Part shown: piece by piece, positions 35,101 to 37,409 of the stretch
Layout of the letters: each line of letters begins with the position of its first letter
How positions within the stretch are numbered: the first letter of the stretch is position 1
From: Phoronis australis
Taxonomy: Eukaryota > Animalia > Phoronida
Direction: 5' to 3'
NCBI GenBank assembly: GCA_002633005.1
Contig: NMRA01000490.1
Location: forward strand, 22,813 to 60,221
DNA: 37,409 bases
Position numbers and translations under genes: made by a program
The notes under the pieces: generated by a model
Seen by the model: the letters and a program-made list of their open reading frames with translations, nothing else
Databases searched by the model: none
What the model was told of the DNA's origin: nothing

Positions 35101-35810
35101 TGCTCAACTGGCACAACAATATAACACTGAACTTGGCAATCGGCCAATTACCATCTTTTCAGATAGCCAGGCAGCAATAAAAGCCCTAAAGAAACTAAGG
35201 GTCAACTCTCGTTTTGTTAATGTTTGTATTAATGAGCTTAACAAGCTTGCAATTGAAAGAACCGTCAATATACGCTGGGTCAGGGCCCATGTGGGAATTG
35301 ATGGCAATGAGAATGCAGACAGACTCGCAAAGATAGGAGCAAGCGTTCTGCATTTTGTGCCTGAACCTGCTATCCCGGTATCTTACGGATGTTGCAGGAT
35401 GAGTATACGCAACTGGGTACATACCCAGTCAGCAGCCCAGTGGGCATCACTTAACTCCTGCAGAGAGACCAAGGCGAATTTCTCCAACGTCATCGAACCA
35501 AAAGGTTCGAAAAGCCTTCTGAGCATAGATAGATTGGGTTTAAGACACGTCATTCAAATTTTGACGGGCCACTGCAACCTAGCCCGACACAGACACATTA
35601 CTGGGCATATGGGGAGCCCTGTGTGTCCCGAGAGTGGTACTGACGTAGAATCTCCTAAACACCTGGTAGAGTCTTGCCCAGCTTTTTATAGGCTAAGGAG
35701 CAACCTACTGGATGGCATTGTTACATGCCTACAACATATAGTGCATTTTAACAAATGGAAACGTCTGTCCGTTTTCCTAAAGGAGACTGGCAGACTTGAA
35801 AACTTTCTTC
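32153..35810 (+). pseudogene. LINE ORF2 (APE endonuclease, RT, RNase H, C-terminal Zn finger), disrupted
   Basis: QINLH, QEP, DANSHH, SDH; KSPGLD, FRPITL, PQGG, YAGD (YADD mutated); YTDGSK, QAEI, SDSQAA, WVRAHVGIDGNENAD; LTGHC...HL..C. Split across five ORFs by stops and frameshifts. Confidence 0.92.
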
Positions 35811-35931
35811 ACGAGGAGCCATTATTGGGGTCGTGCCTTTGCTCAAGTGTTTTGTGCAATGGGCCCAACCATGAGGCCTGCGCACGTCTGATGCACCGCA
35901 AATTACATCAGACCACCTGCACTGTTTTTTT

Positions 35932-36872
35932 TTACTTCATAAGCAGTACAAAAAGTCTGCTGTGCATTGAATTCATCGGTGTCTGCATTCAAATATATAT
36001 TCAACCTACAGAATGGACCAGTGTTGTCTGTCTATGTAAAAGCATGGAAAGCAGGAAGAGCCTTTGCCCGGACAGCGCCTAATGATGTCCATATTGGATT
36101 CACGTCCACAGTCCCAGATGCCATGGGGACTGAAAATCTTCTGAGAAGCCTGTCATAATAGGTAGTGACGAGTACCAGTAAATCTATGTCAGGTGAAAAC
36201 AAAACATCAGCTGAGAATCAAGGACCTTTTGATGTGATGCCAGAAGTGCATGATGAACAGTGCATTAGCAATACAACTGCTTTTTTTGTGATCGTGTTCT
36301 TCTAAGCGTAGATCACGTCGGTTGCTCTTTGTGCATCCTGTAGCTGAAGTAATGGCTATCTTGGCCGAGTCTTTATTATACTTAAGTATCTTTGCAGAAA
36401 GATATTCAGTAACTTGAGCCTTTTTTGGTCATGGGAGAGGAAGCGGCTCATTGGGATGATCTTTATGTAAGTCTCATCTCTTATCAGGTACTGTACTTGA
36501 CCCTTTCTCTGCCTCCTTTTTTCTCTCGTGGCTTGTTTCAAAGAGTTGTCATTATGGGTGTCAAAAACCAGAATGATTTTGTCATAATCTCTAGTTAAGA
36601 AAATCACTTCCATACTATTCACACGTGCAGTTCTGTGGCTTGGGTGAACACACTCATTGGATGTTGTTACTTGTTTATGTGTTTTCTGGGTCTAAAACAT
36701 CTCTTGCAGCTTGAGGACTATCCTGTTCTAAGACGTCTGGTACGGAAAGTTTCTGCAGAAGGTGGATTCGATTCGATTTGTCTGTGCATGACAGCACTGC
36801 CCCACTGGCAGCAAAGATTGCTCTTGGTGTTAGGTTGAATTCATGGTGGCTGATAGCATGCCCAGCAGGCTA
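35932..36872 (-). pseudogene. AcademX-like protein, XPG/FEN1-like nuclease region
   Basis: HEFNLTPRAIFAASGAVLSCTDKS; YDKIILVFDTHNDNSLKQATREKR; SPDIDLLVL...LGAVRAKALPAFHAFT*TDNTG; contains stops and frameshifts. Confidence 0.72.
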
Positions 36873-37409
36873 CAACTCGTTCTCGTCATTGATCTTCAGC
36901 CTGGTTACGGCCAAGCTTATCTGCCGTATTGACACCTCTCACTCACTATAATATTTATTTTAATTTCTAGGCACTTGTTCTGTTCTCTGGCAGTCAGGTG
37001 CAGAATCTACAACTACATGTGATTTTTGTTGTGGGTTTCAGAATGATTCCCCATATCATTAATTAGTTATTACTGTTTTAACTTGCCCGTGAAAAAATCA
37101 CGTTGAGCACTGTCTGTCACCATAATTTAGTTTATAATGAGTATCAAGTTGAAATAATCCCAGTGAAAACTGGTGTTTCAATCTGTGAGAAAGTTTACTT
37201 CAATTCAGAAGACACCACCGAACACATGAGCTGTTCAGTCATTACTGGGTGGCCTATAGTGGTAAGAACTCATAGCCTTTTATCAAGTCTAAAACGTGTT
37301 ACAGCTAATTTATCCAAAGTGAGAAATCTTCAATACATCTTTTTGTGTTTTCTTCAGCGAATTTGAGTTTTCAAACTCTTATTTTTAACCTTCTTTTGTC
37401 CGTTACTAT

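Larger units (their letters stand above)
29980..35931 (+). mobile_element. Full-length but inactivated non-LTR retrotransposon with RNase H (LOA/Lian-like)
   Basis: TSD TTACTT at 29974-29979 and 35932-35937; ORF1 plus ORF2 (APE-RT-RNaseH-Zn finger). Clade is inferred from domain architecture. Confidence 0.9.
28618..36872 (-). mobile_element. Decayed AcademX-like DNA transposon (3' portion), interrupted by the LINE
   Basis: Transposase-associated relics (next two features); subterminal GGCGGCCATCTTGG repeats near 29112-29139; putative TAG terminus at 28618, where Penelope homology ends. Both boundaries are inferred. Confidence 0.6.

Noticed and set aside
35810-36082. C-terminal extension of ORF 34946-36082
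   Set aside because: It reads through the LINE 3' UTR and TSD into antisense AcademX-like sequence, so it is not a genuine domain.
1-37409. CRISPR array, retron/DGR or other prokaryotic RT system
   Set aside because: No repeat-spacer array or operon structure. Both RTs are eukaryotic retrotransposon types, and the host gene has spliceosomal introns.

Overview
Eukaryotic, AT-rich DNA, probably from an invertebrate; no prokaryotic operon, rRNA or CRISPR signal. One host gene is recognisable: a minus-strand secreted astacin metalloprotease (signal peptide, prodomain, RFKR furin site, HELGHAMGLAH zinc motif, SIMHY Met-turn, EGF-like module, two ShK domains). It is built from at least 9 phase-compatible GT-AG exons between 20231 and 3950. 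Most other identifiable sequence is transposon-derived. (1) Inside an astacin intron, a TTAA-flanked Kolobok-like TIR shell (5715-10842) encloses a Ty3/Gypsy 5' half with open PNMA-like gag and PR-RT-RNaseH, a tRNA-Lys PBS and a -1 frameshift pseudoknot, but no integrase or 3' LTR. (2) A spliced, decayed THAP-domain gene lies at 273-2313. (3) A young Penelope-like insertion has a GIY-YIG domain, an inverted pLTR, a 12-bp TSD and U3:A8-variant hammerhead motifs; an older related copy next to it carries a MITE. (4) A decayed AcademX-like (XPG + Cys-rich) transposase is interrupted by a full-length but mutated LOA-like RNaseH LINE (29980-35931), whose 5' end coincides exactly with the predicted cleavage site of an HDV-like ribozyme. 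All calls come from reading the sequence by hand; no searches were run.
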